A stretch of DNA of 64,000 bases from Acidimicrobiia bacterium (GTDB lineage: Bacteria; Actinomycetota; Acidimicrobiia; Acidimicrobiales; JANYDT01): positions 11,247-75,246 of the forward strand of contig JANMYF010000037.1 of the NCBI GenBank assembly GCA_031381685.1. Direction: 5' to 3'. Position numbers and translations under genes: made by a program. Shown here piece by piece: positions 35,519 to 44,177 of the stretch (positions are counted from its first letter, which is position 1; each line of letters opens with the position of its first letter). The notes below the pieces were generated by a model. That model was not told the origin of the DNA and ran no database searches. It was given only the letters and a program-made list of their open reading frames with translations.

Positions 35519-36370
35519 GTGCAGGTAGCGGAGCCTGCGACACTTGAGGCGATGACGGGACCAGAGAGCGTCGTGCATGTGGTGTCAGCGGAGGACGATC
35601 CGGCGTTGGCCCCCTTTCGCCGACTCAAGGATGCGACGCAGCGATCCCTCGGGAACTTCATCATCGAGAGCGAACGGGTCCTCGAACGGATGATCGAACT
35701 GGGCACGCCGATCGAATCCGTGCTCGTGACACCGTCCAGACGGGAGCGCGTCGCGGCGGCGGTTGCGACGACCCGCGGGGTCGACGGACATCCGCTCGTC
35801 ATCGTCGCTGATCCCGAGATGGTCGAGAGGGCCATCGGTTTCGCATTGCACCGGGGCGTCGTCGCGATCGCCCGCCGACCGTCAACGCTCGATCCGGCCG
35901 CGGCCCTCGCATCGGCCCGTCGCGTTGTGGTGCTCGAGGACGTCGTCGACCCCGACAATGTCGGATCGGTGTTTCGTCATGCAGCCGCGTTCGGCGCGGG
36001 GCTCGTCGTGCTGTCCGAGCACGCCGGGGACCCTCTCTACCGGAAGGCGGTCCGAACGTCGATGGGCTGGGTGCTCGACGTCCCGTGGATGCGCGTCGCT
36101 GCGGCGAGCGAACTGGTGCCGACCCTTCACCGCGCCGGCTTCACGACCATCGCCCTGACACCGAGCGGTGACGTGGGAATCGATGACGCCCGTCTGCCGA
36201 GATCCGCGGAGGCACGGGTCGCCGTGCTGCTGGGATCCGAGCACGACGGCCTCCGGGAAGCGACCCTCGCGTGCGCGTCCCACCGCGTGCGGATCCCGAT
36301 CGCCGGTCACGTCGATTCGCTCAATGTCGCGACTGCCGCAGCTATCGCCATGTTCTCGCTGTTCCGCTGA
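35519..36370 (+). CDS. TrmH/SpoU-family RNA 2'-O-methyltransferase
   Basis: Motifs VVLEDVVDPDNVGSVFRHAAAFG, LLGSEHDGL, RVRIPIAGHVDSLNVATAAAIAMF. An alternative ATG start lies at 35552. Confidence 0.8.
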   Translation: MQVAEPATLEAMTGPESVVHVVSAEDDPALAPFRRLKDATQRSLGNFIIESERVLERMIELGTPIESVLVTPSRRERVAAAVATTRGVDGHPLVIVADPEMVERAIGFALHRGVVAIARRPSTLDPAAALASARRVVVLEDVVDPDNVGSVFRHAAAFGAGLVVLSEHAGDPLYRKAVRTSMGWVLDVPWMRVAAASELVPTLHRAGFTTIALTPSGDVGIDDARLPRSAEARVAVLLGSEHDGLREATLACASHRVRIPIAGHVDSLNVATAAAIAMFSLFR

Positions 36371-36423
36371 CGAAGCGCGGGGCGCCAAAGGCACGCGCGC
36401 TTACCTCTTCGGCACCATGACGG

Positions 36424-37191
36424 TCAGCGGGCGTCGCGAAGGTCAGCGGCCATCGCCTGACGCATCGCCACGATATCGCTCGACACCGTGAGGAGCCGGA
36501 AACCCTGCTCGGCCCGCCGGGGAGCGACACCACCGACGCAGTGGGCGCCTGCCACCACCCCCCGATTGCGACAGGCCGCCACGATGCGCTCCAGCGCTTC
36601 GGTGAACTGCGGGCTGTCGTCGTTGTTCCGCGGGGGAAGGCCAAGGGTGAGTGAGAGGTCGGCCGGCCCGACGTAGATGGCGTCGATACCGGGAACCGCA
36701 AGGATGTCGTCGATGTTGCGCACCGCTTCGACCGTTTCGATCATCGGGATCACGGCGACGTTCTCTGCGGCCCACGCCACATAGTCGTCGTGTCGGAGAC
36801 CGACGACCGTCGGGCCGTAGCTTCGTGCACCGAGCGGCGCGTAGCGACACGCTCGGACGACGGCCTCCGCATCGGCGACGGTGTTGACCATCGGCACGAT
36901 CACGCCCTGCGCGCCCGCGTCGAGCATCTTGCCGATCACTCCGGGCTCGTTCCACGGCACCCGGACAACCGGGTTGGAACCGCCGAGCGCGATGCCCTGG
37001 AGCAGTGAGACCGTGGTCTGGTAGTCGACCGCGCCGTGCTGCGCGTCGATGCAGACGTAGTCGAATCCTTCGCCGGCCACCGCTTCGGCGACCACGCTCG
37101 AGGACATGGTCAACCAGGCTCCAAGGGTCGAGGCGCCGGCCGACCAGCGGCTGCGGAGCGAGGTGATCGCGGGTACAAGGGGCGGTGTCAT
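36424..37191 (-). CDS. HpcH/HpaI-family aldolase
   Basis: 255 aa. GFDYVCIDAQHG, VVRVPWNEPG..KMLDAGAQGVIVPMVNT, IETVEAVRNIDDILAVPGIDAIYVGPADLS. Confidence 0.8.
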   Translation of the reverse strand: MTPPLVPAITSLRSRWSAGASTLGAWLTMSSSVVAEAVAGEGFDYVCIDAQHGAVDYQTTVSLLQGIALGGSNPVVRVPWNEPGVIGKMLDAGAQGVIVPMVNTVADAEAVVRACRYAPLGARSYGPTVVGLRHDDYVAWAAENVAVIPMIETVEAVRNIDDILAVPGIDAIYVGPADLSLTLGLPPRNNDDSPQFTEALERIVAACRNRGVVAGAHCVGGVAPRRAEQGFRLLTVSSDIVAMRQAMAADLRDAR

Positions 37192-37252
37192 GGGTATCGG
37201 TCTAGCCGTCGTGGGATGCGCCTATCTCCCTCCCGGCCGCTACGGTCGTTCA

Positions 37253-38347
37253 GTGCTCCTGACGACGCTGTCGCCCTCTCCCGAAGAACTCTTCGAGCAG
37301 ACCGGTTGGGAGGCGAAACCGGAGGGGCTCTGTCGCGGTGCGGTGTGCGTGCCCTCCCCCGGAGCCCGGCGGGCCGACGGGACGATCGATGTGTCGATCG
37401 TCGCCGAGCGGCTCTCGATGCCAATGCTCCGTGATGAAGCGTCGGGCACCTGGGTGCTCGGCCCGTCCGCCCTGAGCGGCCGAGCGCTCGACACGGCCGT
37501 GGTCCCGCCGCTGTCGATCACGACATTCGACGGCACACCGTTCGACCTCTCGTCGCTGCTCGGGCGGAGGATCATCCTCGCCGCCTGGGCGAGTTGGTGA
37601 GGCTGCCGCGCTGACCTGCCCGTGTGGCAGGCACTGCACGAAGAACTCTCCCCGCTCGGCATCACCGTCGTGACGGTGGCCATGGATGCCGAGGTGGCGA
37701 TGGCCGAGCCCTGGGTGTCGGCGGCATCGCCGACGCATCCGTCGCTGATCGACCGCACGCACAGCCTCGGCGGCGCCCTCGGATTCGTCAACGTGCCGAT
37801 GGCGGCGTGGATCGACGAGAACGGCGTGCTCGTCCGCCCCGCCGAGTCCGCTCGGGTCGTCCCGAGCAGCACGGCCGGGCGGGAGGTCCCGCCCGGCCTC
37901 CCGCCACGCATCGCCGCACGCTTCGAGCTGCTGCGCCATGCCGAGCCGAACCCCCACAAGCCGTACCTGGCGGCGTTGCGCGACTGGGCACATCGCGGTG
38001 TCGACAGCCCATTCGCCCTCACCCCGGACGAAGTGGTCGAACGGTCAAAGCCTCGCGACGCCGACGAGGCCCGGGCCGCCGCCTGCTTCGAGATGGGCGA
38101 ACACCTGAGAGAAACCGTCGGCATCGACGCGGCAGCCCCGTGGTGGCGGGAAGCCCATCGCCTTCAGCCGTCGAATTGGACCTACAAACGTCAGGCCTGG
38201 ACCTTGGAGACGACGGCTCCCGGTCAGCCTTCGGATCTCGTCCAGGAACCGACCGACCGCTACGAGGGCAACTGGCTCGACGATCTCGTGGCCCAGGGTG
38301 GCCTGAAGAACCAGACACCGGCGTTCTCCGGTCCGTCAACCCGCTGA
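37253..38347 (+). CDS. ResA/TlpA-like thioredoxin-fold protein with an in-frame TGA (37598-37600) at the active-site Cys position; candidate selenoprotein, copy 2
   Basis: ORFs 37106..37600 and 37622..38347 share a frame and are split only by TGA. Read-through gives ...GRRIILAAWASW-U-GCRADLPVWQALHEELSPLGITVVTVAMD...NVPMAAWIDENGVLVRP. It is colinear with copy 1 over the N-domain, Trx fold and C-domain. The start (GTG 37253 or ATG 37190) is uncertain. Confidence 0.65.
37615..37631 (+). promoter_or_regulatory. SECIS-like hairpin 14 nt downstream of the in-frame TGA (copy 2)
   Basis: CCTGCC-CGTGT-GGCAGG has the same stem and offset as copy 1. The single difference lies in the loop. Confidence 0.45.
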
Positions 38348-38365
38348 CGGACCCGTTGGAAGACG

Positions 38366-38920
38366 TCAGGCCAGACCGCGCAGCCACGGGACCAGCGAGT
38401 CGGTGATCGACTCAGTCCATTCGTGCCCGCCGTGGTGAAGCGTCACTTCGCTGACGACACCGTGCCGTGCCGCGACCCGTCCGAGCGATTCGGCGTGGAA
38501 CACGTCGACGACATCGTCGGCGACGCCGTGGCCAACGAAGAGGGCGACGTCGCTCCCCCCGATCACCACGTCGTCGGGTAGGAAGCCGCCGATGCAGGCG
38601 ACCCCACGGACGTTGGCACGCACCGGGGCGCCCTGTGCGCCGCCGAACCCGCAGGCGAGCGCGAGCGCGCCTCCCTGGGAGAAGCCGGCGATCACGACCG
38701 GTGCCCTGCCGATCTGTTCGCTGATCCACGCCAAGGCGTGACGGGCATCGGGAAACGAGTCATCGCCGTCGTTCCACCAGGCGCGCCGCCCGTCGCCGAC
38801 CGCGAGCGGCCCGGCAATCGACCGGACCGTCCACCCGCTCAATGCCCAACGAAGCGACTCGGCCACCGCCGACAGGTCCGCCGGCGTCGCATCGAAACCG
38901 TGCAGCAGGATCAGTTCCAC
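38366..38920 (-). CDS. Alpha/beta hydrolase (phospholipase/carboxylesterase-type)
   Basis: 184 aa. MELILLHGFDATPADL, nucleophile elbow GFSQGGALA, C-terminal HGVADDVV...HHGGHEW. Confidence 0.7.
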   Translation of the reverse strand: MELILLHGFDATPADLSAVAESLRWALSGWTVRSIAGPLAVGDGRRAWWNDGDDSFPDARHALAWISEQIGRAPVVIAGFSQGGALALACGFGGAQGAPVRANVRGVACIGGFLPDDVVIGGSDVALFVGHGVADDVVDVFHAESLGRVAARHGVVSEVTLHHGGHEWTESITDSLVPWLRGLA

Positions 38921-38987
38921 GCCTTCCAGCGTGGCAGGCGATCCGGGTCAGCGGCGCCACGGCGCCGGTCAACTAGCCTTGACTGCC

Positions 38988-40175
38988 GTGTCTGAGGGGG
39001 AATCCGCCGAGTCGTCGATCGGCCGCGCCGCTCAGACCGTTGCGGTGACCGCCGGCCGAAGTCGTGCCGACGGCGCCCTCGCCCCCACGATCTGGCCGTC
39101 CACGACGTTCGAGATCGGCACCCCGCTCGAAGCCGGCCGCATCGCCAGCCGGCCGCGGGAACCCAGGTTCTATGCGAGACACGGGAACCCCAGCGTGCGG
39201 GCGTTCGAAGACGCCATGGCAGAACTGGAGGGCACGGAGGCAGCACTCGCGTTCGGATCGGGCATGGCCGCGATCAGCGCCGCCGTCCTGGGGTTCTGTC
39301 CCACCGGCTCACACGTGATCGCGCAACGTCAGATGTATGGCGGAACGCTGCAGTATCTGGGCCTCGTGGCCACCCGCCTCGGCATTTCGTACTCCCTCGT
39401 CGATGTCCACGAGCCCGGCGGGTTCGCCGCTGCGCTCGCCGCCCATCCGAACACCACGCTGATCCTCGCCGAGACCCCGGCCAACCCGAACCTCGATCTC
39501 GTCGATCTTGACGAGCTCGCCGCGCTGACCGGGCCGATCAAGCTCGTCGACGCCACCTTCGCCACGCCCATCGGTCAGCGCACCTACCGTCCGGGCATCG
39601 ACATGGTGATGCATTCGGCGACCAAGGCCATCGCCGGGCACAATGACGCGTGCCTGGGCGTGATCAGCGGTGAACGCGAAGTGGTCGACTGGTTGTGGAG
39701 TTACAACATCATGCTCGGTGCGGTCGCCTCCCCCTACGACGCCAGCAACGCGTTGCGCGGCCTTCGTTCTCTCGGCGTCCGCTTCCGTCATCAGTCCGAA
39801 ACCGCGCTCAGGATCGCTGCTGCGCTCGAGTCCCGACCCGAGGTCAACTGGGTTCGCTACCCCGGCCTTCCGTCGCACCCGCAGCACCGTCTGGCGAAAA
39901 GCCAGATGAGCCTTCACGGTGGTCTGCTCACGTTCGATCTCGCCGGTGGACGCGGCGATGCTGCGGCGTTCATGAACCGCTCGACCCTGGCCGTCGTCGC
40001 CACGTCGCTGGGAGGCCCCGAGACCCTCCTCACCCATCCGGCCACCACATCGCACGCTGGACTCGACGAGGACGAACTCGCGGCAGTCGGGATCTCCCAA
40101 GGCACGCTGCGCGTCTCGTGCGGTCTCGAGGACACCGACGATCTCCTGCGTGATCTCCTCGCTGCGCTCGGCTGA
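38988..40175 (+). CDS. Cys/Met-metabolism PLP-dependent enzyme (cystathionine gamma-synthase/lyase family)
   Basis: Y.RHGNPSVRAFEDAMAELEG, AFGSGMAAISA, PLP lysine in MHSATKAIAGHND, C-terminal LRVSCGLEDTDDLLRDL. GTG 38988 was chosen; 38931 is possible. Confidence 0.8.
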   Translation: MSEGESAESSIGRAAQTVAVTAGRSRADGALAPTIWPSTTFEIGTPLEAGRIASRPREPRFYARHGNPSVRAFEDAMAELEGTEAALAFGSGMAAISAAVLGFCPTGSHVIAQRQMYGGTLQYLGLVATRLGISYSLVDVHEPGGFAAALAAHPNTTLILAETPANPNLDLVDLDELAALTGPIKLVDATFATPIGQRTYRPGIDMVMHSATKAIAGHNDACLGVISGEREVVDWLWSYNIMLGAVASPYDASNALRGLRSLGVRFRHQSETALRIAAALESRPEVNWVRYPGLPSHPQHRLAKSQMSLHGGLLTFDLAGGRGDAAAFMNRSTLAVVATSLGGPETLLTHPATTSHAGLDEDELAAVGISQGTLRVSCGLEDTDDLLRDLLAALG

Positions 40176-40212
40176 GCAACGCTCGCGACAGGCCCGCCCT
40201 CCGGCCGACGAT

Positions 40213-40578
40213 CTACGAGGGACTTGCCTCCGCGCTTTGCGCCGTGCCGTCATGGAGTCGACGGGCCAGCGCGAGGGTTTCGGCAACGGTCATGCCGATC
40301 CACCACTGCGGCGGACCCGTGTTGGGGTAGGCAGCGACAGTAGGGCCTTCGCCGCACGCACCAAGACAGCCTGTGGCCGTGCACCGGACTGACCCCGTTG
40401 ACTTGTAGTACGCCAAGCCGTCGCGTTCGAGACCGGCCCAGATCTTCGAGAACATCTCGCCGGCACCTCGTGCGCTGCAGTTCGGGCCGATGCAGACCAG
40501 CAGATGCGGTGTCGTGGCGACGACGTCGTGGGGGCGGGGGGTAGAAGTCATGATGCCGAACTCGAAGTTACCGACCAC
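40213..40578 (-). CDS. Thioredoxin-like [2Fe-2S] ferredoxin-domain protein
   Basis: 121 aa. The Cys pattern is LVCIGPNCSARGA...VRCTATGCLGACGEGPTV. Confidence 0.65.
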   Translation of the reverse strand: MVGNFEFGIMTSTPRPHDVVATTPHLLVCIGPNCSARGAGEMFSKIWAGLERDGLAYYKSTGSVRCTATGCLGACGEGPTVAAYPNTGPPQWWIGMTVAETLALARRLHDGTAQSAEASPS

Positions 40579-40611
40579 CGTATCCGGGTCTTGCGCCTAC
40601 GCTCGCCGACC

Positions 40612-41541
40612 GTGATCGTCGTGTGTGGAGAGGCCCTCATCGATCTGACGTCGTCTCGAACGGAGCCAGGGCGTTTCGACGCCCACCCGGGGGGCGGTCC
40701 GTGCAACACCGCCGTCGGCCTAGGGCGGCTCGGCATCCCGACGGGATTTCTCGGGCGGCTCTCGAGTGATCGGTTCGGTGAGAGCCTGCGCCACCACCTC
40801 GCGGACGCCACGGTTGACCTCGGGATGGTTGTCGACACCGACGACCTGTCGACGCTCGCAGTCGCGAACATCGACCCGTCCGGTGGCGCGGCGTACACGT
40901 TCTATGCCACCGGCACCGCCGATCCCGGGCTCACCGCCGCGATGCTCCCGGTGCTCGGCGAAACCGTACGCGCGCTGCACATGGGTACCTGTGCGTTGGT
41001 TTTCGAGCCATCTGGCTCGACCCTGGAGGCGCTCTTCCTCCGCGAGCGCTCGATCGGCAGTCGGTTTCTCGCACTTGACCCCAACGTGCGCCTCGGACTG
41101 GTGAACGACGTGGCCGCGTATCGCGGGCGCATCGGGCGGATGATTGCCGCCGCCGATCTCGTCAAGGTGTCCGACGCCGACATCGAGGCGCTCTGGCCGG
41201 GCGAGGACATCATCGATCGCGTGGCTGTCCTGGCCCGAACCGGCCCCGGCATCATCGTCTTGACCCGGGGCGGCGACGCTCTGCTCGCCTTTCGCGGCGG
41301 TGGCGAAACCGTGTCGGTCCCCGCGGAACGGGTCGAGGTCATCGACACCATCGGAGCGGGCGATACCGCGAACGCAGCGATGCTGGCATGGCTGAGCAAT
41401 CATGATGCGCTCTCCCGAACGGCCCTCGCCAACCTCACCGACGATCGGGTCGCCGAGATGCTGCGCTTCGCCGCCCGCGCTGCGGCGATCACCTGCGGGC
41501 GCGCAGGGGCCAATCCACCGTGGGCATCCGAACTCGCCTGA
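40612..41541 (+). CDS. PfkB-family carbohydrate kinase (fructokinase/ribokinase-like)
   Basis: The N-terminus is VIVVCGEALIDL...GGGPCNTAVGLGRLG. The C-terminal motif is DTIGAGDTANAAMLAWL. GTG 40612 was chosen. Confidence 0.8.
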   Translation: MIVVCGEALIDLTSSRTEPGRFDAHPGGGPCNTAVGLGRLGIPTGFLGRLSSDRFGESLRHHLADATVDLGMVVDTDDLSTLAVANIDPSGGAAYTFYATGTADPGLTAAMLPVLGETVRALHMGTCALVFEPSGSTLEALFLRERSIGSRFLALDPNVRLGLVNDVAAYRGRIGRMIAAADLVKVSDADIEALWPGEDIIDRVAVLARTGPGIIVLTRGGDALLAFRGGGETVSVPAERVEVIDTIGAGDTANAAMLAWLSNHDALSRTALANLTDDRVAEMLRFAARAAAITCGRAGANPPWASELA

Positions 41542-41566
41542 CCGGCCCGCACGAGCCCGGCAGGAG

Positions 41567-42487
41567 TCAGCTCGGGACGTTCAGCTTCTCGCGGATGTAG
41601 GAACCGATCAGGGTGATCGCGGCATCCGCCTCGGGAAGCTGGCCGAGGCCGGTCTGGAACACGTGCTGCATCTCCGGGAACACGTGGAGGCGAACCTCGA
41701 CCCCGGCATGAGCAGCGAGCGTCGCGAGACGGATGGAATCGTCAAGCAGCACCTCGTGGCCGCCGACCTGGATGAAGAGCGGGGTCAGCCCATGGAGGTC
41801 GGCGTAGATCGGACTGGCCAGCGGTGATCGCACGTCGGCGCCGTTGAGGTAGATCGAACCGATGGCGAACATCGTCTCGCGCTGCACCATCAGGTCGACG
41901 CCGGAGTTGGTCACCATGGTCTCACCGACGCCTTCCAGGTCGGTCCACGGCGAGAGCAGCACGGCCCCAGCCGGTTGGGGCAACCCGGCATCGCGGATCG
42001 ACACCAGCAGCGCGACGCTCAGCCCTCCCCCGGCGGAGTCGCCCGACACGATGATCGACGATGCCGCCATTCCTTCGTCGAGCAGGGCACGGTACGCCGA
42101 GAGCGCATCGTCCACCGCAGTCGGGAAGGGACACTCCGGAGCCATCCGGTAGTCGAAGACCACAGCTCCGACGCCCGACGCGCTGACGATCCCTGATGCG
42201 AGCTTCTGGTGACTCTCGATGCTGTTCAGCACGTAGGCACCGCCGTGCAGATACAGAACGACTCCTGGGGCGCTCCCCCCGACGTGATCGATGCGCAGCG
42301 CGCGGCGGCCGGCGAGTTGGCGCTCGGTCACGACCACATCCGTGGGGGCCAGACCGACCATGGCCATGGTCATCTCGGCTCCAGCTCGCATCTCCTCGAC
42401 ACTCGGCAGTGTCGCCGAGACCCCGACAGTCGCGTCTCGGAACTGGCGGACGAGTTCGTGAAAGGCGTCGGCTTCGGGACTGGCCAT
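41567..42487 (-). CDS. Alpha/beta-hydrolase fold-3 esterase/lipase (HSL-like)
   Basis: It has the oxyanion motif VVLYLHGGAYV and the nucleophile elbow VSGDSAGGGLSVAL. ATG 42487 follows aggag. The long ORF-track N-terminal extension is Arg/Gly-rich and not credible. Confidence 0.8.
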   Translation of the reverse strand: MASPEADAFHELVRQFRDATVGVSATLPSVEEMRAGAEMTMAMVGLAPTDVVVTERQLAGRRALRIDHVGGSAPGVVLYLHGGAYVLNSIESHQKLASGIVSASGVGAVVFDYRMAPECPFPTAVDDALSAYRALLDEGMAASSIIVSGDSAGGGLSVALLVSIRDAGLPQPAGAVLLSPWTDLEGVGETMVTNSGVDLMVQRETMFAIGSIYLNGADVRSPLASPIYADLHGLTPLFIQVGGHEVLLDDSIRLATLAAHAGVEVRLHVFPEMQHVFQTGLGQLPEADAAITLIGSYIREKLNVPS

Positions 42488-42552
42488 GCTGGACTCCTGC
42501 TTTCGGGCGGACCGGCGAGGATTACGAAGAATCGGGGGGAACCGTAACCGTT

Positions 42553-43392
42553 CTATCGGCCGACCGCCGACCGGGCTGCCACCGCCCACACGATCACCTC
42601 GGCGACCTGGTTGACGGCGCCCAGACCGTCGCCGGTCACGCCGCCCGAGAATCGTCGGAAGAACGCGCCGGAGGCTTCGATCACAACGATCACGACGCCC
42701 CCGACCAATGCTGCATCCCAGCGCAACGCCGCAATCGCGATCGGAATCGTCGGCACCACCAGAACGAACCCGACCGTCGCCCACGTGGCCTGATACGGCC
42801 GCGTCTTCGAGGTCGGATCCAACACCGCCGGCACAACTCGGATTGCCAGAACTGTCGCCGCCCGGGCAATCGTATGTGCACAGATGGAGACGCCGACGAC
42901 GTGCCACCCCGACTCCATCGACGCGACGGTCGCGAGGGTGCTGACTTTCGCTGCGAACAGCACAACGAGGCCCAGCGCCCCGAACGTTCCGACCCGGCTA
43001 TCACGCATGATCTCCCGCCGACGCTCGATCGAGTACCCACCGAACGCGTCGCACGTGTCGGCGAACCCGTCTTCATGAAATGCGCCGGTCAGTGCGGCGC
43101 CGACGGCGACGGCGACGACGGCGGCAAAGGTCGGCGTGACAAGTTCGCGCAGTGCCACTGCGACAGCGCCGACGCTTCCTCCGATGAGCACGCCGACAAC
43201 GGCGAACCATTTCAGGCTCGCCGCGAGTTCGGCGCTCTCGTGAGGGGTCCACGATGGCGTCGGCAGACGCGTGAGGAATTGCTGGGCGGCGAAGTATCGG
43301 CCGACTTCTCGGCGGGCGAAGGATGGGCCGGACACGGGAGCAGAGTCTTGCCGCTGATACCAAGGTGGCGGACGCGGCAGCGCCTCCATCAT
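42553..43392 (-). CDS. cobS: Adenosylcobinamide-GDP ribazoletransferase (cobalamin synthase)
   Basis: It is polytopic, has QFLTRLPTP near the N-terminus, and carries the conserved GAFHEDGFADTCDAFGG. The start is uncertain. Confidence 0.8.
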   Translation of the reverse strand: MMEALPRPPPWYQRQDSAPVSGPSFARREVGRYFAAQQFLTRLPTPSWTPHESAELAASLKWFAVVGVLIGGSVGAVAVALRELVTPTFAAVVAVAVGAALTGAFHEDGFADTCDAFGGYSIERRREIMRDSRVGTFGALGLVVLFAAKVSTLATVASMESGWHVVGVSICAHTIARAATVLAIRVVPAVLDPTSKTRPYQATWATVGFVLVVPTIPIAIAALRWDAALVGGVVIVVIEASGAFFRRFSGGVTGDGLGAVNQVAEVIVWAVAARSAVGR

Positions 43393-43499
43393 CGACGAGC
43401 AGGGAAGCGGAGCAGCGCGGTCCCGGGCGAGCCAGTCTCGTCGCTCGGGTGAGGGGACCATGCTCGGGCAGCGCACCGCCGGGCACCTGCTTCACTGGG

Positions 43500-44078
43500 G
43501 TGGTGACAGACAGCGACGACGCACCGCCGACCGAGTCTCCGATCCGCAGCGAACTCCGGCGCGTCCCGTCGCTTGTTGTGGTGAACACCGGCGACGGCAA
43601 GGGCAAGTCCACTGCGGCATTCGGCATCGCGTTGCGAGCCCTCGGAAGGGAATGGAGGGTCCGGGTTATCCAGTTCCTGAAGTCCGGCGACTGGAAGACG
43701 GGCGAGGAGGAGATGCTCACCCGTCTGGGCGCCGAATGGTGGTCCGCCGGCGATGGCTTCACGTGGGACTCGACCGACATGGAGTCGTCGAAGCAGCTCG
43801 CCATCGTGGCGTGGCGGTCCGCGGCGGAGACCCTTCGCACCGGCTCGCACGAACTCCTCGTGCTCGACGAGATCACTTATGCCATGACATGGGGTTGGAT
43901 CAGCACCGACGAGGTCGTCGACGCCATCTCGAATCGCGCACCGACCGTCAGCGTCGTGCTGACCGGGCGGAACGCCCCGGGCGCGATCGTCGATATCGCC
44001 GACACCGTGACCACCATGGTCGATACAAAGCACGCTTACCATGCCGGAATAGCCGCAAAACGGGGTATCGACTACTGA
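43500..44078 (+). CDS. cobO: Cob(I)yrinic acid a,c-diamide adenosyltransferase (CobO/BtuR type)
   Basis: P-loop VVVNTGDGKGKSTAAFGIALRALG, VIQFLKSGDWKTGEE, LLVLDEITYAM, VVLTGRNAP, KHAYHAGIAAKRGIDY. The start (GTG 43500 or 43503) is uncertain. Confidence 0.85.
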   Translation: MVTDSDDAPPTESPIRSELRRVPSLVVVNTGDGKGKSTAAFGIALRALGREWRVRVIQFLKSGDWKTGEEEMLTRLGAEWWSAGDGFTWDSTDMESSKQLAIVAWRSAAETLRTGSHELLVLDEITYAMTWGWISTDEVVDAISNRAPTVSVVLTGRNAPGAIVDIADTVTTMVDTKHAYHAGIAAKRGIDY

Positions 44079-44177
44079 ACGCGTCGTAGACGAACCGGAA
44101 ACCGATGGGCCAAAGGTCACGTTTCCGCTGGCCGGACGCTGTCCATGTAGCCGGATGACCCCGGTAGCGTCGTTGGT

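Noticed and set aside
37189-37192. CATG where the HpcH aldolase start (minus strand) and a possible ATG start of selenoprotein candidate 2 (plus strand) overlap back to back.
   Set aside because: It is probably coincidental. The alignment with copy 1 favours the downstream GTG 37253 start, which leaves a normal divergent spacer of about 60 bp.
41567-42907. ORF-track N-terminal extensions, e.g. 140 extra codons on the esterase. Similar extensions occur on trpA 50070..51398, the crotonase 16406..17362, the membrane protein 32047..33429 and trpC 53334..54293.
   Set aside because: The extensions are Arg/Gly/Pro-rich, overlap neighbouring genes or intergenic repeats, and lack homology. In each case an internal ATG/GTG with an RBS-like purine tract or a start-stop overlap gives a family-typical length.
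43392-43500. Cobalamin riboswitch upstream of cobS/cobO.
   Set aside because: The two genes diverge with almost no spacer, and I could not find the B12-box (AGYCMGGWGCYNCCC-like) or the conserved GGTGCC/GCCACTG core in either orientation.
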